From positions 1,248,001 to 1,312,000 of the forward strand of contig CAXXQS010000001.1 of assembly GCA_963674735.2 (NCBI GenBank): a DNA stretch of 64,000 bases. The letters are read 5' to 3'. The position numbers and the translations under genes are program-made. This document shows positions 48,719-58,891 of this stretch, piece by piece. Every line of letters starts with the position of its first letter. The first letter of the stretch is position 1. This stretch comes from Myxococcota bacterium (GTDB taxonomy: Bacteria; Myxococcota_A; SURF-8). Below the pieces are notes generated by a model. It searched no databases. It saw nothing but the letters and a program-made list of their open reading frames with translations, and was not told the origin of the DNA.

Positions 48719-50542
48719 ATGACTCACCTGCTGAGCCTGAACCAGGTTGCGATGTCGTATGGTTTGAAGCTTCTATTTGAAGAGATCTCTTTTCACGTAC
48801 ACGAAGGAGATCGTATCGGCATAATCGGAGCAAACGGGATTGGGAAGAGCACGCTATTCAAGCTGATGACGGGTGAAGAGAAGCCGGATGAAGGAAGTGT
48901 TTCAAGAGGCCGAGATCTGACTATCGGTCTTGTTCCGCAAACACCCGATTATTCAACTGATAAATCGATCGAAGCGGTTGTTCTCGATCATCTGACTCTT
49001 GCGGATTCGATGAATCGGTTGAATGAAACCGAGCGGCAGGTTCAGGTTGCCACGATCCTGGATAAACTTGGGTTTGTTGATCCCTCAAAGCGTATTGAGG
49101 AATTATCCGGCGGCTGGGTAAAGCGGGTCGCGCTGGCAGCGGCGATGGTGACTGATCCTGAATTGCTGTTGTTGGATGAGCCTACAAATCACCTGGATAT
49201 CGGCGGAATCTTTTGGCTCGAGCGCCAAATAAATGCCAGTCGTAGCGCATGTGTGGTCATCAGCCATGATCGTGCGTTTTTAGAAACCTGCTGTAACAAA
49301 ATCGTGGAGTTGAATCGCCGTTATCCCAAAGGCGTTTTGGCCGTCGAGGGTGGATATAGTCGTTTTTTGGAGCGACGTGCCGAGTTTCTGGTCGCCAGTG
49401 AGAAGACCTATTTATCGTTGCAGAATAAAGTGCGTAACGAAATCGAATGGTTGAAGCGTGGACCCAAGGCGCGGACCTCGAAGGATAAAGGCCGCATCGA
49501 TCAAGCCCATCGCATGATCGACGAGCTATCCGAGATGAAAACGAAAGCTCGCTCGGAGCATACCGAAATCGATTTCAGTGCTAGTGGGCGGCGTACCAAG
49601 CGCTTGCTCGTTGCCGGCGGATTGTCGAAAAGCTATCGTGATCGTCGACTTTTCGAAGATTTGGATCTCTTGTTAAAACCGGGGCATCGTATCGGGCTTG
49701 TGGGTGAGAATGGAAGTGGGAAGTCGACACTTTTAAAGGTTTTAGCCAGGCAAGTTATGCCGGATAGTGGCGAAATCAAGCAGGCAGACAACTTACAGCT
49801 TGTTTACTTTGACCAGCAGCGGGAAACTCTGAATCCGGAAATGACGCTTGGAAAATCGTTGTGCGAAGAGGGTGACTGTGTCAATTATCAAGGACGTTCG
49901 GTTCATGTTGCAGGGTGGGCTCGGAAATTCGGTTTTCAAGCACATCAGTTGGAAACTCCGCTGGGACGTCTATCCGGTGGAGAACAAGCCAAGGTGCAGA
50001 TCGCACGTTTGATGCTTAGACCTGCCGATGTCCTATTTCTGGATGAACCGACCAACGATCTCGACTTGCCCACATTGGAGATGCTGGAAGAGAATCTGTG
50101 CGAGTTTCCCGGTGCGATTGTGCTGGTAACCCATGATCGCTATATGCTGGATCAATTATCGACTGTTATGCTGGGACTGGACGGGAAGGGCGGTCATGTT
50201 TGGGTTTCGAACTATGCGCAATGGCAGGAACACCTATCTAAGCAAACAGAGAGCGAAAGCGAACCACGCAAATCCACAAATAGAAAGCGTGAACGAAACA
50301 ACCGGCCACGTGGTTTATCGTATCTGGAAAAAAGAGAATATGAGGGTTTGGAAACAGCCATCTTGGAGATGGAAGAAGAAATGAACGCGGCTGAAACCCG
50401 TCTGTCTGACCCCGCAATCGCCACCGACCAAGCGGAATTGGAAAAAGCCTACGAACATTTTAAGTCTTGCAAAAGTCGGGTTACGGAACTCTACGATCGC
50501 TGGGAATATCTGGAAAACAAACTAATTATTGCAAACGAATAA
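48719..50542 (+). CDS. uup: ABC-F family ATPase (Uup-like)
   Basis: Two ABC domains (GANGIGKST, LSGG, LDEPTN; GENGSGKST), EWLKRGPKAR linker, C-terminal coiled coil ending RWEYLE. Confidence 0.85.
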   Translation: MTHLLSLNQVAMSYGLKLLFEEISFHVHEGDRIGIIGANGIGKSTLFKLMTGEEKPDEGSVSRGRDLTIGLVPQTPDYSTDKSIEAVVLDHLTLADSMNRLNETERQVQVATILDKLGFVDPSKRIEELSGGWVKRVALAAAMVTDPELLLLDEPTNHLDIGGIFWLERQINASRSACVVISHDRAFLETCCNKIVELNRRYPKGVLAVEGGYSRFLERRAEFLVASEKTYLSLQNKVRNEIEWLKRGPKARTSKDKGRIDQAHRMIDELSEMKTKARSEHTEIDFSASGRRTKRLLVAGGLSKSYRDRRLFEDLDLLLKPGHRIGLVGENGSGKSTLLKVLARQVMPDSGEIKQADNLQLVYFDQQRETLNPEMTLGKSLCEEGDCVNYQGRSVHVAGWARKFGFQAHQLETPLGRLSGGEQAKVQIARLMLRPADVLFLDEPTNDLDLPTLEMLEENLCEFPGAIVLVTHDRYMLDQLSTVMLGLDGKGGHVWVSNYAQWQEHLSKQTESESEPRKSTNRKRERNNRPRGLSYLEKREYEGLETAILEMEEEMNAAETRLSDPAIATDQAELEKAYEHFKSCKSRVTELYDRWEYLENKLIIANE

Positions 50543-50767
50543 GGCCAACCTCCGCGTTTTAGCTTCCACAATCTGACGCAGTCACCGCGCACGGACTTTA
50601 TATCACAAGCTTATCGTGAACCGTATCCTTCGCGGTTTCAGCAGGATCTTCCTGCTATACGCCAATTACATGACTCCTCTTCTATATCGGAACCAGCTTC
50701 CGTTACAGCTGTTCTTGATCCATCCGCAGTCGCTGACGTCTGAGCTAAGGAGCCCAGAACCGTTACG

Positions 50768-50801
50768 AAAAAAGGCCGGGAGAACGAATTCTCCCGGCCT
50801 T
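50768..50801 (-). terminator. Intrinsic terminator of the metalloprotease operon
   Basis: aaaaaaggccgggagaa-cgaa-ttctcccggcctt. Confidence 0.85.
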
Positions 50802-50821
50802 GTAGAAAGCGGATCAGAGAC

Positions 50822-53800
50822 TTACCAGCCGAAGTACAGATTCGAGGTATTGGTCCAGAAGGCGGCGAAGTCGTTGAGCAGCATCATCGTGGACTCGATG
50901 TACTCCAGGGTGCGGTTCAGATACCAACGCGGGTAACCGCCTTCGCAGTCTTCTTCCAAGTTGCCCGGCACCTGCCCCAAGCGAATATCGACCACGCAGA
51001 GCTGCTGAATCTGAGCGCAGCGCTTGACGAGATTGAAGATCGGGTTGATGCGGTCGTCGTTCGGGAAGCGGCGAGCACGATAGTAGAGGCTTTCCTTCGA
51101 GTTCAGGCACTCTACTTCGTTGACGCCGTCCGGATCGGCCCACTGGTCGCGTTCCGAAACCGGGATCACCTGGGTGTTGAAATACCAATGGGTGGTGTTA
51201 TCGGCCATGGTGTTGGCCAGATTGTACATCGACCAGAAGGCCGGGTACATTTTGTCGAAGTAAACCCAGGATGCGTGTACCGGATAATAGACATTGGCCT
51301 TGTCTTCATTACCCTCTCCCAGAAGAGCCTTCTCCTGCGCGGTCAGTTTTTCGCAGAAGTTCGTGGTGGGATCGGATTTGGCCGGATGCCACTTGCTGCC
51401 GACGGGGGTTTCATCGTCTTCGAAGTTCCAGTAGAAGAGTTCGTTGATACGCGGCTGGAAGACCTTCAGATCGAAGTTTTCACCGTCGTAACTGACGCAG
51501 TAGCGGCTGAACTGGGTCAAGGAGCTTTCGTTCACGACATTCGACAACATATGATAAAGCGCGTTGTCAAAGCCGTCAGAGAGGTAATGGAACGCATTCG
51601 CCATGCTCTCGTAGCGATATTTTTCAACCCACCAACCGGAGTTGGTTAGGATGTACATCGCCGCTTCTTTTTCATTGGTGAAGCCGATACGGTCGAATTT
51701 CGCTTCACTGATGGTGGGATCATCCTGGTAATCCCAGTGGTTTTTGTGGTGATGGCCGTAGCGCATATCGATATCTACAACAGCGCCTCCGATCGTTTCT
51801 TCGAGATCTTCATCGCTATAGATGTAGGGATTGCGCTCGAAGAACACGTTGCTGCTGTCGTCGACCCAACTTTGCATGATGTGTTTGCCGACATCCGGGC
51901 TGTGGACAACATCGTACAACATGAAGTTGAAGCCTTCCATGGAAGCGATCAGATAATCGCCAGGACCACCGGGGACGAGTTCGCGTCGAACCGGCTCGCC
52001 ATCCACCATTTCTTCCCATTCCTCGACGCCATTCATGGCCAGCAGCCAGTCGCGGCGAGCGGGGGAAACAGCCGAAGTCCCATCACCATTCTTCAAGAAC
52101 GGGTCGGCTGCCGGGTCGAGCAAAATCTGCTGCCAATCAGCCAACTGGAAGCGATTGTAGTTCAAATCAAGCGCGAAGTGCGCGAAGCGGAAGAAGCGTG
52201 TCAGGCTGCCCCAGAAGCTCCAGCTATGGGGACGGAAACGCGGGTTGCCACGCTTGAAGAAGCGCCAGTAGTAGAATCGTTTATATTGGTCGATGTAGTT
52301 ACGTACGATATCACGTGCGGTGTAACCCTTATCCCAGACGTTACACATGGGATACTCATAGCGCTGATGGTCAGTGCAGAATAAGTACGGTTTCACATCG
52401 CCGTTGGTCTGGATGCCGGTGCGTTCGCCCGTAACCGGGACCAAGCGAGTGCGGCCGTCGTCAGTGACATCCATCGTGACTTTGACTTCTCTACGAAGTC
52501 CATTGACGCGGTTCTTCATGTTGTAGCAGTAGGTCAACCCCGCCTTTTCGGTGCAAACGCAGTCGGCGTCGTTCTCGCCTTCCTTCGGAATACCCGGAAG
52601 GCAGGAGCAAGCCGAGTTATAGAGGTCGTCTTCGGTGCACTTGCGGTTTTCAAACAAAGGCTGAATTTCGTAAATCGGGTTGCCGTAGAAATCCTGTTTG
52701 ACAAAGCCTTCACCGTCGGTGACATGCTTTTCTACCGCTTTTCCGTAAACGAAAAGGAAGGCGGCGATATCGTAGCGGCCGAGACCGAAGCCATGGAAGT
52801 AGAATTCGTCCATGTAATCCATCACGGAGGAATACATGTACCAGTCTTTCGGAGTCGCGATCGACTTGGAAATCAGGTGAATTTCCGTCGGCGTGGCTTC
52901 ATAAGTGATCGGGGTCGCGTTGGGGTCATCGAGATCGATGTTGTATTGAGCATTCAGCTCTGCTGCACGTTTCTCTTCATAGGCTTTGACTTCCTCATTA
53001 AGCGTGTTCTGGAACTCTTCCTTGTATTTCCAGTAGCCACGCGCTTCACCGGCCGAGCTCTGAACGTCACCGATGTAGTTGAGTTCGTCGGCGCTGGCGA
53101 TGAAGTTATGGCGCAGACCGAGGGTATGACCGATTTCGTGCTCCGCTACGCCCTTGAACATGATGCGTTCAACCGTGCGGCGGATGTCTTCACGAGTGTA
53201 ACCGGCATCATCGAGATTCTGGATGATTTGGAGGAAACCACCGTCGAGCCATTCAGGCTGGAAGTAGCAACCTTTGGAAACTTCGTTGTCGATGTTAATA
53301 AGTTCGGCCATCGCTTCGTTGGTACCCCAGTACAGAGGGGAGATTCCGTAAAGCATTTCTTCGGAAAATTCGGTTTGACCCGGGTAGACCAAGTCCAGCA
53401 TGCCCTGGGGCGCCATCCAGCGTTCCCACTTGGTACCCTTGATCTGGGAGATATCCATGCGACCCTTGGAGGGCGGCAAATGCTTTTCTTTCATGGCCGC
53501 AAGTTTTTCGGCTTGCCAGGTGTTGTTTTCCATCTCAGCCAGGTTACTTTGATCGGTCGTGCGGAACATGTCGCCGTTGTAAAGGGCTGAAATCTTCCAA
53601 TCGGCACTTCCTTGCTTGATCGGAGGAGCCGGATTGACTTCATCATCGATCAGGTTGTCTTCTTCACCGGCTTCGGGGAGGTTGGTGTACTCCGCGTCGA
53701 TGATGAGATCATTGAGAAGCTCTTCGTAACGTTCGTTAGTTGGGTTGAAACCTTCTGCTTTAAGCTCGTCGATCATGAAGTAGCGTTCGAGTTCGCGAGA

Positions 53801-55576
53801 AACGGACCACTGCAGAACGCTACCGGCGATATGCGCGGAGGAACTGAAGATTTGGCCGGTTTCAGGGTTGTCACTCCACTGAGCGACACCGAGAATGCCG
53901 TATTCGGTGGGGGTATTGACCCAGTAAATCATGCTGTAACGCGGATCACCGAGTTCGGCTTTCCAACGAGCGATCTTATGACCGTCCGCGTCGACCATGC
54001 AACGATGCTGGGCATCGAGGCGGCAGGCCACCATGTATTCAACCGGGCGCGCGACGCGACTATTGATGTCATCCCCGTATTTGGCACGGATCTCATCGGG
54101 AGTGATGAGGTTGGGAATACCTTCGGGATTGACGCCCTCACGGTTGAAGTCGTATTCGATGAATTCATTGCGGCGAAGTTGGAAGGCATCATTATCGTTG
54201 TCTTCTTCTTCGAAGCAGTAACGACGATACTCTTCAGCGATCGCGGTCTGACGATCAGCGAAAGCGTCTTTGTTGCCGTCCGACCAGTCGGAAGGAGCTT
54301 TGAGACTCTCCACCGTGTAATCGATGTAATAGAATTCGTTGTCGTCGAGCTTGAGATCTTCCGGCCAAGTGTCGGTTGCGTCGGGCATGAACAGCGAACT
54401 GGGACGTGCTCCGGTCGCGATCTCGTTCAGTCCATCTTGCAACATCTTCAGACGCGGGAAATCAGAGACGAAACCCGTCCCGGTTTCGGCCATCTGCTTA
54501 CGGGCCATCTCGCCTTCATACTTGACTTTGCTGAAAGCGTAATTGTAATCGGATGCGATTGAACAGGCCGTCAATTCAAGACGTTTGGGGAAATCGGGTC
54601 CCAAGTAGTAAACGATCTTGTTGTCGCCGCTGACATTGTAGTAGTTGGCCCATTTGTGGGTGTTGTTCTCGCGATAGCCGTGCTGCGGGTCGACGCCGCG
54701 GTACTCGCGGGTGAAATAACCGAAACGACGGAACATCTCATCTTGATGTTCCATGGCCTCAAAACCGTTACCGGCCAATTCCTCTCGGTCCACTTTCCAG
54801 AAGAAATGACGGAATTCAACACGAGCGGGCTCGTAATTGATGAATTCCATGACGTCGTCCCAACTGTAGATGTAGCGCCAGCTATTGTTGGCCGATACGA
54901 TGGCTTCGGTATAGAAACTGAAGTTTTCCACCTTCTGTTCGGCATCAGCCGAAATGTGCCGCATCTCGTAGTCTTTGGGATTGATTGCCTGACCGATGGC
55001 GTCGTGGAATTCGAGATTACGGTAGGTCGAAACCGGTTCGTAGCTGAAGGGGTTCGACCAGTCGAGCTGCATGTTGACATAGTCCAACTCGAAGTTGGTC
55101 AACGCGCTGGACGACATGTCGACCACGAAATAGCGCCGTTGCCACCAGGCATTGTCGCGATTTTCCGACATGATCGGCAGGTCTTCACCGGTGGTGGTGT
55201 TTTCTGCCAACTGGATGTCGAAGTGATCGCGAATGGGGAAAGCCATGACCGGCGTTTTGGCAACATCGTGTGTGCCTTCCGTGTCGGTGGCTTCGATCTT
55301 CTCATGGATGTCGTAGCCGATCAGCCAGTTCTCCGTGATTTCCCATCGGATGATGCGAAGCTTGTTCGTTTCGCCGACGAAAGCCCAATCGATAGAGTAG
55401 GGCAGATCGGTGATGGTTTGCTTGTAAAACCATTCGCCTTCGAACAAGCGCTTATCAAGGGCTTGCGTGTCGGTTTGGTCGATAGGCGACCGTTCCGTGA
55501 CGCATCCCGACAGGATAAGCATGGATAGGAGCAACGCCCCCATCGTGACAAACATTCTCTTCAATTGAGCCTTCAT
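50822..55576 (-). CDS. Large zinc-dependent metalloprotease lipoprotein (metzincin, DUF4953/EcxA-like)
   Basis: 1584 aa. Lipobox LSGC, HEIGHTLGLRHNF zinc motif, Met-turn SSVMDY, AAGGAGG RBS. Confidence 0.88.
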   Translation of the reverse strand: MKAQLKRMFVTMGALLLSMLILSGCVTERSPIDQTDTQALDKRLFEGEWFYKQTITDLPYSIDWAFVGETNKLRIIRWEITENWLIGYDIHEKIEATDTEGTHDVAKTPVMAFPIRDHFDIQLAENTTTGEDLPIMSENRDNAWWQRRYFVVDMSSSALTNFELDYVNMQLDWSNPFSYEPVSTYRNLEFHDAIGQAINPKDYEMRHISADAEQKVENFSFYTEAIVSANNSWRYIYSWDDVMEFINYEPARVEFRHFFWKVDREELAGNGFEAMEHQDEMFRRFGYFTREYRGVDPQHGYRENNTHKWANYYNVSGDNKIVYYLGPDFPKRLELTACSIASDYNYAFSKVKYEGEMARKQMAETGTGFVSDFPRLKMLQDGLNEIATGARPSSLFMPDATDTWPEDLKLDDNEFYYIDYTVESLKAPSDWSDGNKDAFADRQTAIAEEYRRYCFEEEDNDNDAFQLRRNEFIEYDFNREGVNPEGIPNLITPDEIRAKYGDDINSRVARPVEYMVACRLDAQHRCMVDADGHKIARWKAELGDPRYSMIYWVNTPTEYGILGVAQWSDNPETGQIFSSSAHIAGSVLQWSVSRELERYFMIDELKAEGFNPTNERYEELLNDLIIDAEYTNLPEAGEEDNLIDDEVNPAPPIKQGSADWKISALYNGDMFRTTDQSNLAEMENNTWQAEKLAAMKEKHLPPSKGRMDISQIKGTKWERWMAPQGMLDLVYPGQTEFSEEMLYGISPLYWGTNEAMAELINIDNEVSKGCYFQPEWLDGGFLQIIQNLDDAGYTREDIRRTVERIMFKGVAEHEIGHTLGLRHNFIASADELNYIGDVQSSAGEARGYWKYKEEFQNTLNEEVKAYEEKRAAELNAQYNIDLDDPNATPITYEATPTEIHLISKSIATPKDWYMYSSVMDYMDEFYFHGFGLGRYDIAAFLFVYGKAVEKHVTDGEGFVKQDFYGNPIYEIQPLFENRKCTEDDLYNSACSCLPGIPKEGENDADCVCTEKAGLTYCYNMKNRVNGLRREVKVTMDVTDDGRTRLVPVTGERTGIQTNGDVKPYLFCTDHQRYEYPMCNVWDKGYTARDIVRNYIDQYKRFYYWRFFKRGNPRFRPHSWSFWGSLTRFFRFAHFALDLNYNRFQLADWQQILLDPAADPFLKNGDGTSAVSPARRDWLLAMNGVEEWEEMVDGEPVRRELVPGGPGDYLIASMEGFNFMLYDVVHSPDVGKHIMQSWVDDSSNVFFERNPYIYSDEDLEETIGGAVVDIDMRYGHHHKNHWDYQDDPTISEAKFDRIGFTNEKEAAMYILTNSGWWVEKYRYESMANAFHYLSDGFDNALYHMLSNVVNESSLTQFSRYCVSYDGENFDLKVFQPRINELFYWNFEDDETPVGSKWHPAKSDPTTNFCEKLTAQEKALLGEGNEDKANVYYPVHASWVYFDKMYPAFWSMYNLANTMADNTTHWYFNTQVIPVSERDQWADPDGVNEVECLNSKESLYYRARRFPNDDRINPIFNLVKRCAQIQQLCVVDIRLGQVPGNLEEDCEGGYPRWYLNRTLEYIESTMMLLNDFAAFWTNTSNLYFGW

Positions 55577-55606
55577 GACCTTGCTTCCTCCTTAGGACCT
55601 GGCAAC

Positions 55607-56590
55607 TCAGAGCGTATACGAAACTGAAAGGAAAACCTGGGTAAACTTAGGATCTAACGGAACCGTGTAATCGCTGCCGAAACCGCCGAAGCGACGCTCC
55701 GGTCCGGCCGTGCTGATACCTGTTCCGATATTCAAACCATCATAAGCGGCGATGCCGATGTCGGCTGTGTAAATCAAGGTGTTACTGGGTTGTTCTGTAA
55801 CGCCATTATTGTAACGCCATGCGCGTGACCAGGTGAAGCCGACACCCATGTCGAGTTTCCACACTGAATAGCGCAAAGAGCTACTATTGGAATAAGTCCA
55901 CTCGTTAAGAGGTTCTAGACTGATGGAACCCGCTTCGTTGGCAAACTTATAGTAGTCGTAGCTATGGAAATTCTTTTGAAAAGCATTGCGATTGGAAAAA
56001 GACAGTCCCCACTTGGAGACACCCAGTGTGACGCTCGGGCTTATGGCGTAGTGCCAGTCGCGAGTGCGTGCCGATTCGGAAAGACCGGGGACAAGCTGAT
56101 TGAGCCCGACCGTGATGGCGAATCCCGTTACGTCTGGATCAATGGCGAAACGGCGGCTCAGCGAGACGGAGAGCGGGTCCATGTCGACATTGTTGTAAAC
56201 AACGTCTCCCGAACCGGAGCCTTCGCCCGGGTACTGGGTCGAAACCGAAAATCCGAGATGCAGGCCGAGCGAAATGTCATAGGGAAGCGAGAATCCCGGG
56301 GCGACGGCGAAAGCATTCCCCACGACCGGTCGCTCCTTGGCGAGGTTGTGTGACAGCTCATAGCTGAAGGTAAGGCTCCACCATTTGGAGTCTGCCTCCT
56401 GCTCGCCTTCTTCTGTCACTTCGGCAACCGGTTGCGCGGAAGTGGAGACGTCGGCCTGGGCCAAGACTAAAGGATCACCAGTGACTGCAGGAAGTGTTTC
56501 GAGCGCAGTTTCATCGGCGAAGGCTTGAGGAGCGCCCAAGAGGGTAAACCCCAACAACAGAATTCCAACTATTAGCACTTTCTTATTCAA
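55607..56590 (-). CDS. Putative outer-membrane beta-barrel protein
   Basis: GGAGG RBS then TTG 56590 (MNKKVLIVG..AFA signal), alternating amphipathic strands, C-terminal FLSVSYTL. Confidence 0.7.
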   Translation of the reverse strand: MNKKVLIVGILLLGFTLLGAPQAFADETALETLPAVTGDPLVLAQADVSTSAQPVAEVTEEGEQEADSKWWSLTFSYELSHNLAKERPVVGNAFAVAPGFSLPYDISLGLHLGFSVSTQYPGEGSGSGDVVYNNVDMDPLSVSLSRRFAIDPDVTGFAITVGLNQLVPGLSESARTRDWHYAISPSVTLGVSKWGLSFSNRNAFQKNFHSYDYYKFANEAGSISLEPLNEWTYSNSSSLRYSVWKLDMGVGFTWSRAWRYNNGVTEQPSNTLIYTADIGIAAYDGLNIGTGISTAGPERRFGGFGSDYTVPLDPKFTQVFLSVSYTL

Positions 56591-56639
56591 CGTGGCCTCC
56601 ATGAAAGGGACATGGTCGGATCCAACTCGTGGACGTGCC

Positions 56640-56668
56640 ATGCTAAGCGCATCATTTCTCCCTGTCAA
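56640..56668 (-). promoter_or_regulatory. sigma70-type promoter of the barrel-metalloprotease operon
   Basis: Minus strand TTGACA-17-TAGCAT. Confidence 0.6.
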
Positions 56669-56734
56669 TATCTTTTAACGAACTTTTAAATTAATCTACC
56701 TCTATCGATCCCAACACAAGTATATTTAGTGCCT

Positions 56735-57370
56735 TTATCGGGTGTTAGCAAAAGCTAAAGGAAATTCAACGCTTCCAGCTTGATATGCGATTTCGAGAAC
56801 CGCAACACGCTTGGGGTCGAAGTCTTTGTAATAAAAACCGACGTACACGTCTTGGCTCCACACGCAATCCGTTTTATCGCAGCCCTGTTTTTTGGGAGGA
56901 TCGCGTAGAATTTTTGCGGCTGGTATCGTTTTGAGCCCTTGCCGGAGGCTGATCGATACCTTGTCAAAGTCTTTTTCACTTGTTCCTATTAAGTATGTGG
57001 GGATTAACAGGTGATCCTTTTTCAATATGTCGGTAAAGGAATCTTTGGAAATTGGTCGCTTATCAAGGGTCATTTTTGCCGATCGAAAAGCGATTTCAAA
57101 GAGTTTGGTCATCAGGTAGCCGTTGACCGCGATGCCTCGTTCGCCGAATTCATACCCCTCGAACAGTTTTTCCGGTGACGACTTGTGCAGGACACCAAGT
57201 TCTACGGCTTTGTTGATCTGTTCTTGAGAGGGGTTGACCTCGATTGCTTGGGTTGTAAAGGGCAAGCAGAAAACGGCCATCAAGCAAACCACCGAGACTG
57301 CGCGTGTTAACGACAGCAAATTTGCAGGCGGAGTCGCCGGTTTCAGATTTAATAGATATGCCCTTGTCAT
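56735..57370 (-). CDS. Hypothetical secreted protein
   Basis: Signal-like VSVVCLMAVFCLPFTTQA. Probable start ATG 57370 (AGGA RBS). No family recognised. Confidence 0.65.
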   Translation of the reverse strand: MTRAYLLNLKPATPPANLLSLTRAVSVVCLMAVFCLPFTTQAIEVNPSQEQINKAVELGVLHKSSPEKLFEGYEFGERGIAVNGYLMTKLFEIAFRSAKMTLDKRPISKDSFTDILKKDHLLIPTYLIGTSEKDFDKVSISLRQGLKTIPAAKILRDPPKKQGCDKTDCVWSQDVYVGFYYKDFDPKRVAVLEIAYQAGSVEFPLAFANTR

Positions 57371-57746
57371 AATTCCTGCCGTTTGATAAGGTGCGAAACC
57401 GTTCGTTACGGTTTTCGATATCCCTACCTTTTCATGTCTTGCTCCGGCTTGCAAGCGAAAAATGAGCGTGAAATACAGAAAGTGCTCTATCTTAGAGAGC
57501 ATGATGCTCTCAGCGTGCGAGCAATAACACTAGTGAATACAACCAGTATGCTTGTGTTTTCGTGTTTCCTGTGGTGCTCTCTAGTATGTATGTTAAAGAG
57601 CGAAAGAGCGCGGCATAGAGCGAATTGAGAGACTTTTTCCCTGCTTTTTTCTTGTCTCCCGGTGAACATACTTTCTTTGAGACGTTGTCCCGTCGAGCGT
57701 TGCCCATTAATCCTTTTTCAATTCGATTCTGGAATTCGAAAAAGGC

Positions 57747-57775
57747 TTGCAAGTCAGCTGTGTATTTGCTATAAG
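57747..57775 (+). promoter_or_regulatory. rpsB promoter
   Basis: TTGCAA-17-TATAAG with extended -10 TG. Confidence 0.65.
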
Positions 57776-57820
57776 CCTCCGTTGCACAGTTGGGATTGGC
57801 CCACTTTGCGATTTACTTAT

Positions 57821-57900
57821 TCCGCACATCTTCCGATGATGCCGCCAGTGTTCGGGTGAAAGCCTATGTGGCCGTATCAGATGACGAAGATGGAGGGTAA
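57821..57900 (+). ncRNA. rpsB (S2) leader, t44-like cis element
   Basis: catcttc...gaagatg closing stem followed by GAGG, with an internal GGGTG motif, immediately upstream of rpsB. Confidence 0.6.
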
Positions 57901-57916
57901 CACGAGAGGAGCAACT

Positions 57917-58828
57917 ATGCCTGGTCCGATTTCCATGAAAGAACTGCTGGAGTGTGGCGTCCATTTCGGTCACCAGACCGCACGCTGGAACCCGAAGATG
58001 AAATCCTACATCTACGGCGCGCGCAATGGTGTGCATATCATCGATTTGCAGCAGACCGTGCGGATGTTCCGCGAAGCCTATCAATTTGTTCTCGATCGCG
58101 TAACAGAAGGCGAAACGGTGCTGTTTGTGGGCACCAAGCGTCAGGCTGCCGATGTGATTCGTGAAGAAGCCGAACGTAGCGGGATGTTTTATGTCAACAA
58201 CCGCTGGTTGGGTGGAACGCTCACCAACTTCCGCACAATCAAGATTTCCGTTGAGAACCTCAACGAACTCGAGAAGATGCACGAAGATGGTCAGTACCCT
58301 GTGCGCACCAAAAAAGAAGCGATGATGAAGGACAAGCTGCGTCTGAAACTTGGCAAGAACTTGTCCGGCGTGCGCAAAATGGGTCGTCTGCCCGGTATCT
58401 TGTTCGTTATCGATCCTCATAAAGAGAGCATTGCCGTGGCCGAAGCCAACAAGCTTGGGATTCCGGTCGTGGCGATATGTGATACCAACTGCGATCCCGA
58501 TGGCGTGGATTTCATCATTCCCGGAAACGACGATGCCATTCGCTCGATCAAACTGTTCACCGGAAAAATCGCGGATGCCTGCACTGAAGGCAGTGTGTTG
58601 TCCAAAGAACGTGGCACGGCGGCTCGCAAAGAAGAAGCGGCCGAAGGTACCAAATCCGGTGCGCGGATGATCGACGGTAAAAAAGTGGCGGTAAAGAAGG
58701 CGCGTCGCAAGGATGAAGAAGAAAATGCCGAGGCGGCTCCTGCGGAAGAAGCCCCGGTCGAGCCTGCTGTTGCGGTAGAAGCAGAAGCGGCTCCCACTTC
58801 GGACGAAACCCCGGCCAAGGCCGAATAA
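57917..58828 (+). CDS. rpsB: 30S ribosomal protein S2
   Basis: [42 protein letters not shown] before ATG 57917. Confidence 0.99.
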   Translation: MPGPISMKELLECGVHFGHQTARWNPKMKSYIYGARNGVHIIDLQQTVRMFREAYQFVLDRVTEGETVLFVGTKRQAADVIREEAERSGMFYVNNRWLGGTLTNFRTIKISVENLNELEKMHEDGQYPVRTKKEAMMKDKLRLKLGKNLSGVRKMGRLPGILFVIDPHKESIAVAEANKLGIPVVAICDTNCDPDGVDFIIPGNDDAIRSIKLFTGKIADACTEGSVLSKERGTAARKEEAAEGTKSGARMIDGKKVAVKKARRKDEEENAEAAPAEEAPVEPAVAVEAEAAPTSDETPAKAE

Positions 58829-58891
58829 CCGTCTGGATCCGAACTAAAAAAAGAAAATATAGATATATTCAAGAAGAATAAGGAGACGGCA

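Noticed and set aside
50543-50767. ~225-bp gap with small hairpins (agcagga-tct-tcctgct) and ORF 50616..50936
   Set aside because: No promoter, tRNA fold or known RNA motif recognised, and the ORF runs through a terminator.
51188-55528. Several 150-316-aa + strand ORFs opposite the metalloprotease
   Set aside because: Codon-register antisense shadows of a strongly biased gene.
56620-56640. TGGCACG resembling a sigma54 -24 box on the minus strand
   Set aside because: No TTGC at -12, and a well-spaced sigma70 promoter overlaps it.
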